64,000 bases of DNA. Source: the human T2T-CHM13v2.0 reference genome, Homo sapiens. The notes beneath the pieces were generated by a model. It was not told the DNA's origin, searched no databases, and saw only the letters and a program-made list of their open reading frames with translations. The first letter of the stretch is position 1, and each line of letters opens with the position of its first letter. The stretch lies in assembly GCA_009914755.4 (NCBI GenBank), contig CP068257.2:2304001-2368000 (forward strand), read 5' to 3'. Positions 1 through 12,300 of the stretch are shown one piece after another. The position numbers and the translations under genes are program-made.

Positions 1-97
1 TTTTAGCCGGGATGGTTTCGATCTCCTGAACTCGTGATCCGCCCGCCTCGGCCTCCCAAAGTGCTGGGATTACAGGCGTGAGCCACCGCGCCCGGCC
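1..97 (-). mobile_element. Alu SINE, partial, truncated by window start
   Basis: Reverse complement of the Alu left arm (ggccgggcgcggtggctcacgcctgtaatcccagcactttgggaggccgaggcgggcggatcacgag...) can be read directly. Confidence 0.9.
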
Positions 98-954
98 GTA
101 TACATTCATTTTGTAGAACTATAGATCCCATGTAACTGGGAACTCTTTACTCTTCTAACACAACATTTATTTAGCCACAAATAAAAGACCAGTGATGTAG
201 CCTGTACACAAAAAAGTAAGAAAACACTGGTTAGGCTGGGACAGGGGTAGGGGAAAGAGATCTACAAAATTAAAATTTTATTGGGAAGGATCACTAATTA
301 GAATCAGAACAATTACTGCTTTAAAGTAGTTAAGAACAGAGCACAAGGAACCCAGAGAAGAAGCAGATATGATTCAGAGCAGAGCTTACAGAGCAGATGG
401 TATCTGAGCCGAGACTGATAGAATAACATTAATAAGGGCATTCACGGCCATTTATTATCACTTAACTGCAATGCATTTTGTATAAGTTATTTCTACTCTT
501 CATATCAACCATGGAAAATAATACTTATTCTTCTCTTTTGAAGTTAAAGAAGTGGTAAGTGGTCTAAGAAGATAAATTAACATACCAACACCATATAGCT
601 CAAGTTCAGTGACTCAAGAGGGCCCACGTCTCCCCAAGAGGTTGCTCAGCAGGCAGGCGAGGTAGAGAGCCCTTCCAAGAAGTGACAGTGAGATGTGAAA
701 GGTCTCAGTGTGTCTCTGAGAACAACAGAAACCAGTATGTAGACCAAGTGGGAAAAGCCACGGAAGAGGCAGGGATTTCCTCTTAAGATAGCAAGAATAA
801 ACAGAGCAGGGCTGAGGGAAGCCATGGAAAACGGGCAGAATACCATGCACTTAGTGAGAAAAAAACAGCTTTTACTTTAGAAAGGGGGAAAGAATGGTGG
901 TGGTCTAGGTAAGCCTAGAAGCAGAGGAAAGGGCAATGGAGAAAAAATAAACAA

Positions 955-1340
955 AATGTATGAGTCAGGGTTCTCCAGAGGTACAGAACCAACAAGATAC
1001 ACGTATATGTATAAGGGAGTTTACGAGAGAGAATTGGTTCACACGGTTAGAAGGCAGTCCCACAATAGGCTGTCTGCCAGGTAGGGAAAGAGAGAAGCTA
1101 GTAGTGGCTCAGTCCAAGTCCAAAAGCCTTAAAACCAGGAAAGCCCGCAGTGCAGTCTTCAGTATGAGGCCGAGGGCCTGAGAGCCTCGGGAAAGCCGCT
1201 GGTGCAAGTCCGAGAGTCCAAAGGCATAAGAACCTGGAGTCTCATGTCCGAGGGCAGGAAGAAGGGAAGCAAGTGTCCTGCACGGGAAGAAGAAAAAAAG
1301 AGAGCCAGAAGCTTCAGCTAGCAAGGTTATCCCATCTTCC
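955..1340. repeat. Ancient interspersed repeat fragment (MER/LTR-like), family not assigned
   Basis: Periodic motifs such as caagtccaaaagcc / gagtccaaaggc are typical of old mammalian interspersed repeats. Recognition is by pattern only. Confidence 0.25.
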
Positions 1341-1354
1341 TCCGCCTGCTTTAT

Positions 1355-3152
1355 TCTATACAGTGCAGCGTGTGTACACCACTTCTGTGATATTGTTCCT
1401 AATATCCATGGGAAGAAAGAGTGATGTTACTCCCAATAGCTTATGGGGGTGTACATCCCCTGTGATATTATTCCTAGTATGCAGGGACAGGGAAAGGATG
1501 ACATTACTCCCAATATCGCAGAGGGTGTACTCCCCGCCTTGTGATATTGTTCCTAATATTTAGGGGATAGTGGGTGATATTACTCCCAATATCACAGGGG
1601 GTGTGCACCCCCCGTGGTATTCTTCCTAATATCCGGGGTGGGGGGAGAGGTTGATATTACTGTCATTGTCACAGGGGGTGTACATCCTCCCGTGGTATTG
1701 TTCCTAATATCTGGGGGGGGGAGAGGATATTACTGTCACTATCACAGGGGGTGTAGACCCCTTCAGTGATAATGTTACTAATATCTGGGGGGGAGAGGAT
1801 GATATTACTGTCAATATCGCAGGGGGTGTACACCCCCCGTGGTATTGTTCCTAATATCCGGGGGGGGGGGGGGAAGAGGAAATTACTGTCAATATCACAG
1901 TGGGTGTACACCTCTTCTGTGATATTGTTCCTAATATCCTGGGGGGAGAGGATATTACTGTCAATATCGCAGGGAATTTACAACCCTTCTGTGATATTGC
2001 TCCTAATATCCGGGGGTGGGAGAGGATATTACTGTCAATATCGCAGGGGGTGTACACCCCTTCTGTGATATTGTTCCTAATATCCAGGTGGGGAGAGGAT
2101 CATATCACTTTCAATATCGCCAAGTGTGTACATCCCCATTGTGATATTGTTCCTATATTTAGGGGATAGTGGATTACATTACTGTCAATATCACAGGGGG
2201 TGTGCAACCCCCATGGTATTGTTCCTAATGTCCAGTGAGGGAGAAAACACTACTACTTCCAATATGGCAGGGGGTGTACACGTCCTATGCAATACTGTTC
2301 CTATATCCATGGGGGAAAAGGATATTGGGAACAATATTACAAACAATATCACAGGGGGGTGTACATGTCCTGAGATATGAGGAGTAATATAACACTCTCC
2401 CCCTCTAGATATTACAAACTGTATCACAGAGGGGTGTAAACCCCCTGCGATGTGGAAAGTAATATCATCCTCTCCCCCACTGGATATTACAAATAATATC
2501 ACAGATGGTGTACATATGAGGTGTTTATGATATTGGGAGTAACATCATATCCCCCAGTGGATATTATGAACAATATCACAGAGGGGTGTATACACACTCT
2601 GCCTTATAGGGAGTAATATACTCCTCTCCCACCCTGGATATTACAAAAAATATCACAGAGGGTGTACACACAGGGTGTTTATGGTATTGGAAGTAGTATT
2701 ATCTCCCCCATGGATATTACTAATAATATCACAGGGGTGTGTACATCCCCTGTGATACAGGGAGTAATATCATCCTTTCCCAGCCTGGATATTACAAACA
2801 ATATGGCAGGGGGCAGTACACCCTTGCGATATGGGTAGTAACATCATCTCCTCCCCGCGTGGATATTATGAACAATATTCTAGGGGGTTGTACACCCCCT
2901 GCAATATGGGGAGTAGCATCATCCTCCCCCCCACTAGATATTATAAACAATATCACAAGGGGGTGTACACTTCCTGTGATAAAAGGAGAAATACAGTTCT
3001 TTCCCCCCAGAGATATTATGAACAATATCGCAGGGAATTGTTCTCCCATGCTATATGGGGAGTAACATCTTCATCTTCCCCCTGGATATTACGAAAAATA
3101 ATGCAGGGGAATGTAAATCCCCTGCGATATGGGGAGTAAAATCATTCTCTCT
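1355..3152. repeat. Tandem satellite, block 1 (~70-77 bp monomer, family unassigned, possibly SATR-like or beta-satellite-like). Orientation A runs ~1355-2230 and the inverted orientation B runs ~2230-3152.
   Basis: The unit ...ctgtgatattgttcctaatatccagggggagaggatgatattactcccaatatcacagggggtgtacacccc... repeats regularly, with a measured spacing of 72-77 bp between gatattact motifs. After ~2230 the reverse-complement form appears (ggatattacaaacaatatcacag...). Confidence 0.85.
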
Positions 3153-3457
<305 letters not shown>

Positions 3458-3514
3458 CAAATCATTCTCTCCCTCCCTGGATATTATGGACAATATCACA
3501 GGGGGGTATAGAAT
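3458..3514. repeat. Satellite remnant (orientation B) between the Alu and the NUMT
   Basis: Contains ctggatattatggacaatatcacaggggggt, which matches the satellite unit. Confidence 0.6.
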
Positions 3515-4027
3515 GAGTTTCTAGAATATATTTGAGGAGGGTGACGGGCGGTGTGTGCATGCTTCATGGCCTTATTCAATTAAACACTCTGCTCTCAATT
3601 TATTGCTAAATCCTCCTTGAGCCCTTAGATTTCATAACGGTTGTCGCGACATTTTTCTGGATGTAGAAAACGTTCCCATTTCTTGCCACCTCATGGGCTA
3701 CACCTTGACCTAAAGTTTTTGTGTAGATACTTGTGCTTACTCTGCAGCCTTTCCAGGGTTTGCTGAAGATGGAGGTATTTAGGCTGGGCAAGAGGTGGTG
3801 AGGTAAATTGGGGTTTATCGATTATAGAACAGGTTCCTTTAGAGGGATATAAAGCACCGCCAAGTCCTTTGAGTTTTAAGCTGTTGCTTGTAGTGTTCTG
3901 GCGAACAGTTTTTTTGATCTAACTATTTGAGTTTAGAGTTAAGCATAGCGGGGTATCTACTCCCAGTTTGGATCTTAGCTATTTTGTCTTCAGAATATTA
4001 AAGGCACCTTCGTAGTTATTTCAGCTG
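3515..4027 (-). pseudogene. MT-RNR1: 12S rRNA 3' ~500 bp, NUMT copy
   Basis: tatatttgaggagggtgacgggcggtgtgtgc is the reverse complement of the 12S 3' end GTACACACCGCCCGTCACCCTCCTCAAGTATA. Downstream sequence matches 12S ~1000-1500 (gctacaccttgacctaa, gggctacattt in rc). Confidence 0.85.
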
Positions 4028-4109
4028 GGGTTTTTTTTACAACTTTTTTACAACTTATTTAGAAACTTTCAGGTTTCTAAATATATGAATGAACCATAAT
4101 ATAAGCCTT

Positions 4110-5157
4110 GGCCAATACAATGCCGGTTAGGCCTCCTACTGTAAAAAGGAAAACAAATCCCCGGGCTCACAGCATTGCGGGGGATCATTTGATATTACCG
4201 CCGTGAAGTGTAGCTAGCTAGTCAGCTAAAAACTTTGACGCTAGTAGGAATAGCAATAATTATAATAGCAGAGGTGAAGCAGGCTCATGTATCCACATCT
4301 ATCCCTACCGTAAATATACGGTGGGCCCATACAATAAACCGTAAGGATCCAACTGATCCTATAGCTCACACTAGGCCCATATACCTGAATGGTTCTTTTC
4401 CAGAATAGTATGTTACGACGTGGGAAATTATCCCAAAGCCCAGTGGGATGAGGATGTAGACTTCAGGGTGACCAAAGAATCTGAATAAATGCTGAAATAA
4501 GATAGGATCACCTCCGCCAGCCAGGTAGAAAAAACTAGTATTAAGATTGCAGTCAGTTAACAATATAGTGATGCTGGCGGCTAGGACTCGGAGACAAAGG
4601 AGTAGAAGAACTGCTGTAATTAGGACTAATCAGATGAAGAGGGGTGTGTGATATTGGGACATGGCTGGGGGTTTTATATTAACAATTGTGGTAATAAAGT
4701 TAATAGCCCCTGAAGTAGAAGAAACACCTGTCAAGTGGAGTGAAAAGATAGTGAAACCTACAGAGGCGCCTGCATGTGTTAGGTTTCCTGCTAAGGGAGG
4801 AGAGACTGTTCAGCCGGTTCCAGTGCCGGCTTCTACTATAGTGGATGCAAGTAATAATAGGAAGGAGGGTGGGAGGAGTCAGAAGCTCATATTATTTATG
4901 CAGAGAAATGCTATATCAGGGGCGCCAATTATCGGGGGACTAATCAGTTGCCAAGACCTCCAATTATAGTATTACTATAAAGAAAATTATGACAAATGCA
5001 TAGGCTATAACAATGACATAAATTTGATCATCTAGTAGAGTTCAGCTCGAATAAGGCTTAAAGCTGTACTGACTATCCCTGCTCATGTGCCAAATAATAA
5101 ACATAATGTCCCGATATCTTTATGGTTGGTTGAGATTAGTCAACTGTCAGCCAACAT
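4110..5157 (-). pseudogene. MT-CO1: Cytochrome c oxidase subunit I, 5' ~1 kb, NUMT copy
   Basis: tcaactgtcagccaacat is the reverse complement of ATGTTCGCCGACCGTTGA, the COX1 start. The upstream window sequence is the reverse complement of COX1 codons (e.g. ...CACCCTGAAGTTTATATTC... appears as gaatctgaataaatgctg...tcagggtgacc). The ORFs at 4366-4563(-) and 4661-4969(+) lie within this fragment. Confidence 0.85.
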
Positions 5158-5176
5158 AAATGAAGTGAGAAAAAAG

Positions 5177-5425
5177 GGTAAAATGACTGAGTAGGGCATT
5201 AGACTGTACATCTAAAAACAGAGGTCAACGCCTGTTTTTACCAGTCCCAAGGTGATTTTCATGTTGAATTGTAAATTCAAAGAAGCAGCTTCAATCCTGC
5301 TTCTCTCACCTTTTTTCCCCCAGCGGCTGGAGAAGTAGATTCAAACCAGTTGACTAGGGAGTTTAGCTGTTAAGTTTTCATGGGTTTAAGCCTCATCAAT
5401 TTAGTAAGGACTTAGCTTACTTAAA
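5177..5425. pseudogene. mt tRNA-Tyr / tRNA-Cys / OriL / tRNA-Asn / partial tRNA-Ala cluster, NUMT copy (the mt H-strand lies on the window minus strand)
   Basis: gggtaaaatgactgagtagggcattagactgtacatctaaaaacagaggtcaacgcctgtttttacca matches tRNA-Tyr. agtcccaaggtgattttcatgttgaattgtaaattcaaagaagcagcttcaa matches tRNA-Cys. tagattcaaaccagttgactagggagtttagctgttaa matches tRNA-Asn. Confidence 0.75.
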
Positions 5426-6066
5426 GTGATTGATCTGTATTCAATTGACCAAGGGTGTTCTGTATCTGAGAAAGTACATTTCAGGGTCACCATACAACAA
5501 CTGTTCAAAAAGGCCTCCAATATGGGACAGTCCTATTTATTATCTCAGAAATATTCCTCTTCGCTGGATTCTTTTGAGCATTCTACCATTCTAGCTTAGC
5601 CCCTACTCCAGAATTAGGAGGGCATTGACCCCCAACAGGTATTTCTCCCCTTGACCCCCTGGAAGTACCTCTCCTGAATCCATCTGTATTACTTGCATCA
5701 GGAGTTTCAATTACTTGAGCCCATCACAGCCTAACAAAAAATAATCAAAAACATGCAAGCCAAGCACTACCTGTTACAATTATATTAGATATTTACTTCA
5801 CCCTCCTACAAGTCTCAGAATACTTCAAAGCTCCCTTTGCTATTTCTGATGGTATTTATGGCTCAACATTTTTTTATAGCTACAGGCTTTCACAGAATTC
5901 ACATCATTATTGGATCAACTTTCCTCAATCTGCCTTCTCCGCCAATTAAAATACCACTTTACATCTAGTCGTCACTTTGCCTTTGAAGCCGCTGCCTGAT
6001 ATCAACACTTTGTAGATGTAGTATGACTATTCTTGTATGTTTCTATTTATTGATGAGGATCTTACT
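5426..6066 (+). pseudogene. MT-CO3: Cytochrome c oxidase subunit III, 3' ~640 bp, NUMT copy
   Basis: caccatacaacaactgttcaaaaaggcctccaatatgggacagtcctatttattatctcagaa matches CACCACACACCACCTGTCCAAAAAGGCCTTCGATACGGGATAATCCTATTTATTACCTCAGAAG. The segment continues to tgatgaggatcttactctttt. Confidence 0.85.
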
Positions 6067-6124
6067 CTTTTAGTATAAATAGTACCATGATTTCCAAAGT
6101 TTTGATAGCATCCGAAAAACAGTA
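6064..6124 (+). pseudogene. MT-TG: mt tRNA-Gly, NUMT copy
   Basis: actcttttagtataaatagtaccatgatttccaaagttttgatagcatccgaaaaacagta matches ACTCTTTTAGTATAAATAGTACCGTTAACTTCCAATTAACTAGTTTTGACAACATTCAAAAAAGAGTA. Confidence 0.7.
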
Positions 6125-6430
6125 ATTCACCTAACATTAACCCTAGTAATCAACACCCTATTAGCCCTGTTACTAATAATTATTACATTTTGGCTCCCAC
6201 AACTTAATATATATATGTAGAGAGAGAGAAAAATATATATATGTGTATAAAATAAATATATATAGAAAAATCTAGCCCTTATGAATGCAGATTTGACCCT
6301 CTATCCTCTGCCCACATTCCCTTCTCCATAAAATTCTTTCTAGTAGCCATCACATTTCCCCATTTGAGTTAGAACTCGCCCTACTACTACCCTTACTGTG
6401 AGCCCTTCAAACAATCTGATACTAATAATC
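6125..6430 (+). pseudogene. MT-ND3: NADH dehydrogenase subunit 3, NUMT copy, interrupted by a simple repeat
   Basis: ttcacctaacattaaccctagtaatcaacaccctattagccctgttactaataattattacattttggctcccacaact matches the ND3 5' region. It resumes at tctagcccttatgaatgcagatttgaccct after the simple-repeat insertion. Confidence 0.75.
6206..6268. repeat. (TA)n/(GA)n simple repeat inserted inside the ND3 NUMT segment
   Basis: atatatatatgtagagagagagaaaaatatatatatgtgtataaaataaatatatata has no mtDNA counterpart. Confidence 0.8.
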
Positions 6431-9400
6431 CCTGCGATATGTGTAGTGACTTCATACTTCAACTCCCCGGATATTACGGCCAATATCAGAGTGGAGTGTG
6501 CACCCCTTGCAATATGGGGAGTGATATCATCCTCTCCCCACTGGATGTTATGGACAATATCACAGGAGGTTTACTTTCTCTGGGTTATGGGGAAAAATAT
6601 CCTCCTGTCCCCGCCTGGATGTTAGACATATTTAGAGGGGGTTGTCCACCCCCTGTGATATGGGGAGTAGTAATATCCTCTCCTGCCCTGGATGTTATGG
6701 ACAATATATAGGGAGATGTACAATCCCTTCGATATGGGGAGTAATATCATCCTCTTCCCCCTAAAAGTTATGAACAGTATCACAGGGGGGTGTACACCCC
6801 CTGCAATATCTGGAGTAGTATCATCCCCTCCTTCCCTAAATGTTACAGAGACTATCACAGGGGTGTGTACACCTTCTGAAACATGGGAATAATATTCTCT
6901 TCCCCTCTGGATGTTATTATGGACAACATTACAGCCGTGTGCACCCTCGATGATATGCAGAGTAATATCATCCTCTCCCCCCCGGATGTAAGTGACAATA
7001 CCACAAACGGGTTTACATCCCCCGTGATATGGGGAGTAATATCATCCTCTTTCCCACTGGATATTAACAATATCACTTGGGGTGTACAACCCCTGTGATA
7101 TTCGGGATAATATCTTCTAATCCACTGAAAATTATAAACAATATCACCAGTATACACTCCCTGTGATATTGGAAGTAATATCATCCTCTAATCCCCTAAA
7201 AATTATGAACAGTATCACAGGGGAGTGTATACTTCCTACTATATTGGGAGTAATATCATCCTGTCGTCTTCTAAATATTATGAACAATATTACAGGGGAT
7301 GTAACACTCCCTGCGATATGTGGAGTAATATCATCCTCTCCTTCCCTAAATATTGTGAACAATATCACAGGAGGTTGTACACAATCTGCGATATTGTTTG
7401 TAGTATCCAGTGGGAAAGAGCATGCTATTACTCCCCATATCACAGGGGGTGTACACCCCCACTGTGATATATTCAATAACATCCAGAAGTAATATTACTG
7501 ACAAAATTGCAGGGGGTGTAAACCCCACCTGTGATACCATTCCTAATATCCCGGGGAAGAGAGGATGATATTATTCCCAATATTGCAGGGGGTGTACACC
7601 CACCCTATGATATTGTTATTAATACCCAGGAGGGGAGACAATGGTATTACTCACAGTATCAAAGAGGTTGTACAGCCCCCCTGTGATAGTTTCTAATATG
7701 CAGGGGGTGTATACCACCCTTGTGATATTGTTTCTAATATGTAGGGGGAAGGACAATGATATTACTGTCCGTATCACAGGGGGTGTACAACAAGCCCCCC
7801 GGGATATCATTCCTAATATCCATGGGAAGAAAGAATATTATAATATCACAGAAGTTGTAAACCCCCTCTGTGATATTGTTCCTAATATCAAAGACAGAAG
7901 GGTATGATGTTCTTCCCAAAATCACAGGAAGTGTATACACACCCTGTGCTATTTTTCCTAATATCGAGAGTGAGAGACAATGATACTTCCAATATCGTAA
8001 GGAGTGTACACTCTCCCCGTGATACCAGGTGGGGAAATGTTGATATTACTCCAAATGTCACAGTGGGTGTACACACGTTTTGCGATATTGTTCCTAATAT
8101 CAAGTGGGGAGGAGGATTGTATTACTCCCACCATATTACTCCCCACACCCCATTATACTGTTCTTAATATCCAGATTTGGAGAGGATGATATTACTCCCA
8201 AAATCTCAGGATGTGTAGACCCCTTCTGTGATACTGTTTCTTATATCCAGGGGAAGACTAGATGATAGTACTCCCAACAGTGCAGGGTGTTACACGCCAC
8301 CCCCCATGATATTGTCTCTAATATCAAGTTGGGGAGAGGGTGATATTGCTCCAAATAGTGTAAAGGGTGCACACCAGCACTGTGATATTATTCCTAGTAT
8401 CCAGAGAAGGAGAGAATGGTATTATTTTTAATATCACAGAGGGTGCACACCCCCCTTGTGATACTGCTCCTAACATCCAAGGGGTAGAGGATGAAATTAC
8501 TCCCAATATCACAGTGGGTATACACCCCCCCCGTGGTATTGTTCCTAATATCCAGGGGGTATAGGACGATAGTACTATAAATATCGCAAGGGGTGTACAC
8601 CCCTTCTGATATTGTTACTAATATCCGTGGGGGGAGTTGATGATATTACTTCCAATATCACAGGGCATGTACACCCCCCTTGTGATATTGTTCCTAATAT
8701 CCTGGGAGGAGACTACGATATTACTGGCAATATCGCAGGGTGTGTGCATTCCCGTGATATTGTTCCTAATGTCCAGCAAGGGAGAAAATATTACTCCCAA
8801 TATGGCGGGGGTGTACACTTCCCATGCGATATCGTTCCTAATATCCATGGGGGAAAAGGATGATATTACTCTAAATGGCGCAGGAGGTGTAAACCGCCCC
8901 TGTGATATTGTTCTCAATATCCATAGGGGGAGAGAATGATATTACTCCCAATATCACAGGTGGTGTACACCCCTCCTTTTATATTATTCCTAATATCCAG
9001 GTTGGGAGAGAATAATATTACAGGTAAAATAGCAGGGGGTGTACACTCTGCCTGTGATATTGTTCCTAATATCCCAGGGAAGAGTGGACAATATTACTCT
9101 CAATATTGCAGGATGTGTACACCCCCTTTGTGATATTGTTCCTAATATCCATAGGCGGAGAGGGTGATACCACTCCCAATAGTGCAGAAAAGGTACAGCC
9201 CCGCTGTGATATCATTCCTAATATCCAGAGGGGACAGGATGATATTACTCCCAATATCAGAGAGGGCATACACCCCCTCCCCATGATATTGTTCATAATA
9301 CCCAGGGGGTAGAGGATGATATTACTCCCAATATCGCAGTGGGTGTACACCCACCCTGTGATATTGTTCCCAATATCCATGTGGAAAGGGTATAAAGTTA

Positions 9401-10265
9401 CTCCCAATATCACAGGGGTTGTACAACCCCCTTGTGATATTGTTCCTTATATTCGGGGGAGAGACAATGATATAGCTGTCCATATTGCAGATGGTGTACC
9501 ACCCCCTGGGAATTTGTTCCTAATATTCAGTGGGAAAGATGATATTAATTAAAATGTCACGGGGGGTATACAACCCCTTTGTGATATTATTCCTAATATC
9601 CAGGGAAAGAAAGAATATTATTCCCAATATCGCAGGGGATGTACACCCCTCTCTGATACTCTTTCTAATATCCCTTTGGGGAGTCTATAATATTACTGGC
9701 AATATCATAAGGAGTGTATACCCCCCGTTATATTGTTCCTTATGTCCAGCAAGGGAGAAAATATTAATCCCAATATGGAACAGGGTGTACACACCCATGA
9801 GGTATTGTTCCTAATATCCAGGGAGGGAAAGGATGATATTACTCCCAATGTTGCAGTGGTGTATAACCCCCCGTGATATTGTTCCTAATATCTAGGTGAG
9901 GAAAGTACAGTATTACTCCCAATATAGCAGGGGTTGTACACCACCTTTGTGATATTGTTCTACATATCCATGGGGAAAGAAAATGATAGTACTCCACAAT
10001 ATCACAGGTGGTGTACAACCCCTTGTGATACTGTTTCTAATATCCATGTTGGGGGAGGATATTACTCCCAATATTGCACGTGTTGCACAGACCCCCTTTG
10101 ATATTGCTTGTACTATGCAGGGTGTGGGGGGAGAGGATGATATTGGGAGTAATATCACCTTCTCTCCCCGGATAGTAAAAGCAATATTCAGGGTGGTCGA
10201 CACTTCCTGCACTATTGAGTATAATATCCTCTCCCAACCTGGATATTAGGAACAATATCACAGGG
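6431..10265. repeat. Tandem satellite, block 2, same family as block 1. Orientation B runs 6431-~7380, A runs ~7380-~10100, and B runs ~10100-10265.
   Basis: The same monomer is present. B-form ggatattatgaacaatatcacagg units are followed by A-form cctgtgatattgttcctaatatcc units. The switch at ~7362-7400 occurs within the GTGTACAC core (gaacaatatcacaggaggttgtacacaatctgcgatattgtttg). Confidence 0.85.
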
Positions 10266-12300
10266 GCATGTACACTTCCTTCCTTTCACTATATACAAAA
10301 ATCAACTCAAGATGGATGAAGGACTTATGTAAGACCCAAAACTATATAAACCCTAGAAGAAAACTTAGGAAATATCATTCTGGACATAGACGCAGGCAAA
10401 TATTTCATGATGAAGATTCCAAAGCAATTGCAACAAGAAGAATTGACGAGTGGGACCTAATGAAACTAAAGAGCTTCAGCACAGCAAAAGAAACTATCAA
10501 CAGAGAACACCCTACAGAACAGAAGAAAATATTTTCAAATTGCATATCTGAAAAAGGTCTAATACTTAGCATGTATAAAGAATCAATAAGCAAAAAACAA
10601 ACCCACTACAAATAGGCAAAGAACATGAGCCCCCACATTCACCATCCTCAAGTCCATGTGCAACTTCTTTCTGGATGCTGGACAAGGACTTGGGTACCAA
10701 GAGGGCACTGAACGGGTTAACACTTAAGCCGTCTGTGGATTCTATTTTCAAAAGACAACGTATGTATGGCAAACAACCATATGAAAAAATACTCAACATC
10801 ACTAATCATCAGAAAATCAGAACCATGAGATACCATATCACACCGGCCAGAATGGTTATTATTAAAAAATCAAAATATAACAGACGGTGCCGAGTTTGTG
10901 GAAAAAAGGGAATGCTTATACACTGCTGGTGGTGATATAGAAAGGAGACAGGGAAATACTGGGTAGAAGAGAGTGGTTCCCTGGCAAAGCCCTGCCCACA
11001 AGCCTGGAAACCCATGGTCCTAAATGGGAACAGGCATTCCTGCTTTTGCACCCAAAAGTTGTCTTTCAGCTCACCATGCAACCCCTGTCCTGTACCCATA
11101 TATGCCCCAGACCCCAGGCTCCAGAAGCAGACAAGCAGATGAGGAGATGAACAGAAGAGCAGAATTGCAGAATGATGTGGCAGAAAGAAGAGAAGGAGCA
11201 TCTGAATGCCAAGAGGAGTTTGGCTGGCAGTGGTTGGAGAGATCAGCCTCTGGATGGCAAAGCTCCCAGGGAAGATCATCTTCCCATTCCATCCCCTTTC
11301 CAGCTCCCCATCCATCCCATTGACTGCCACCTCCACCACTCAATAAAACCCCCACATTCACCATCCTCAAGTCTGTGTGCAACTTAATTCTTTCTGGATG
11401 CTGGACAAGGAACTGGGTACCAAGAGGGCACTGAACAGGTTAACACTTAAACCGTCTGTGGATGGCAAAGCTAAAAGAGTGCACTGTAACACATGCCCAC
11501 TTGGGCTGTGGGAGTCGCAGGAACCCACCCCTAAGACAGTACCATGGCCACTTGCCCTGCCTATTGCAACTGCCTGTCTGCATGCTCCCCTGCCCAGTAA
11601 GGGGTTTGACAGCAAACACGGTGGCCAGACAAGCCACACCCCTGTTGCACATCCTGCCAAGGGGAGTCAGGGAAGTCTCCAGTTTCATCAGGAATGTAAA
11701 TTTGTTCAGCCATTGTGGAAAGCAGTTTGGAGATTTCTGAAATAACTTAAAACAGAACTACCATTCAACCCAGCAATCCCATTATTGGGTATATACCCAA
11801 AGGAATATAAATCATTCTGTCATAGACATATGCACGCATATTTTCATTATAACACTATTCACAATAGCAAAGACACGGAATCAACTTAGATGCCTGTTAA
11901 CAGAAGACTGGATTAAAAAAATGCAGCGTACATACACCATGGAATACTACACACCTATAAAATAGGATGAAATGATGTCTTTTGCAGCAACATGAATGGA
12001 GCTGGAGACCATTATTCTAAGTGAATTAATGCAGGAACAGAAAACCAAACAAACACTGCATGTTCTCACTTATAAGTGGGGGCTAAACATTGAGTCCACA
12101 TGGACACAGAGAAAGGAACAATAGACACAAGGTCTACTGTGGGTGGAGGGTGGGGGGGAGAGTGAGGATCAAAAAACTCCCTATTAGATACTACGTTCAC
12201 TACCTGGATGACTACCTAATCTGTACACCAAATCCCATTGACACACATTTTACCCATATAATAAACCTGCACATGTACCCGCTGAACCTAAAATAAATGT
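10266..12300 (+). mobile_element. LINE-1 3' portion (ORF2 C-terminal region plus 3' UTR; older primate L1 subfamily) with nested insertions
   Basis: The ORF track gives GHRRRQIFHDEDSKAIATRRIDEWDLMKLKSFSTAKETINREHPTEQKKIFSNCISEKGLILSMYKESISKKQTHYK (10268-10615), which reads as the L1 ORF2 tail. Further matches are gaaaatcagaaccatgagataccatatcacaccggccagaatggttattattaaaaaatcaaaatataacagacggtgc and the 3' UTR gtaaatttgttcagccattgtggaaagcagtttggagatttctgaaataacttaaaacagaactaccattcaacccagcaatcccattattgggtatatacccaaagg, ending at ...aaataaatgttggaagg. Confidence 0.8.
10935..11690 (+). mobile_element. LTR-like element (~755 bp) nested in the L1. A 120 bp piece (11345-11465) is duplicated at 10626-10745.
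   Basis: L1 sequence is contiguous across both insertion points. The insert carries ...cactcaataaaacccccacattcaccatcctcaagtctgtgtgcaac..., an AATAAA followed by an LTR-like end. Family is not assigned. Confidence 0.4.

Larger units (their letters stand above)
3515..6430. other. Composite NUMT (nuclear mitochondrial DNA insertion) built from three non-contiguous mtDNA segments in two orientations
   Basis: Recalled human mtDNA matches sequentially the 12S 3' end (rc), COX1 5' ~1 kb plus the Tyr/Cys/OriL/Asn/Ala tRNAs (rc), then the COX3 3' part, tRNA-Gly and ND3 (forward). Identity is visibly only about 80%, so the insertion is old. Confidence 0.9.

Noticed and set aside
4366-4969. ORFs 4366-4563(-) 65 aa and 4661-4969(+) 102 aa
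   Set aside because: Both lie inside the COX1 NUMT fragment. The minus one is a decayed COX1 reading frame, and the mt code differs from the nuclear code. The plus one is antisense noise.
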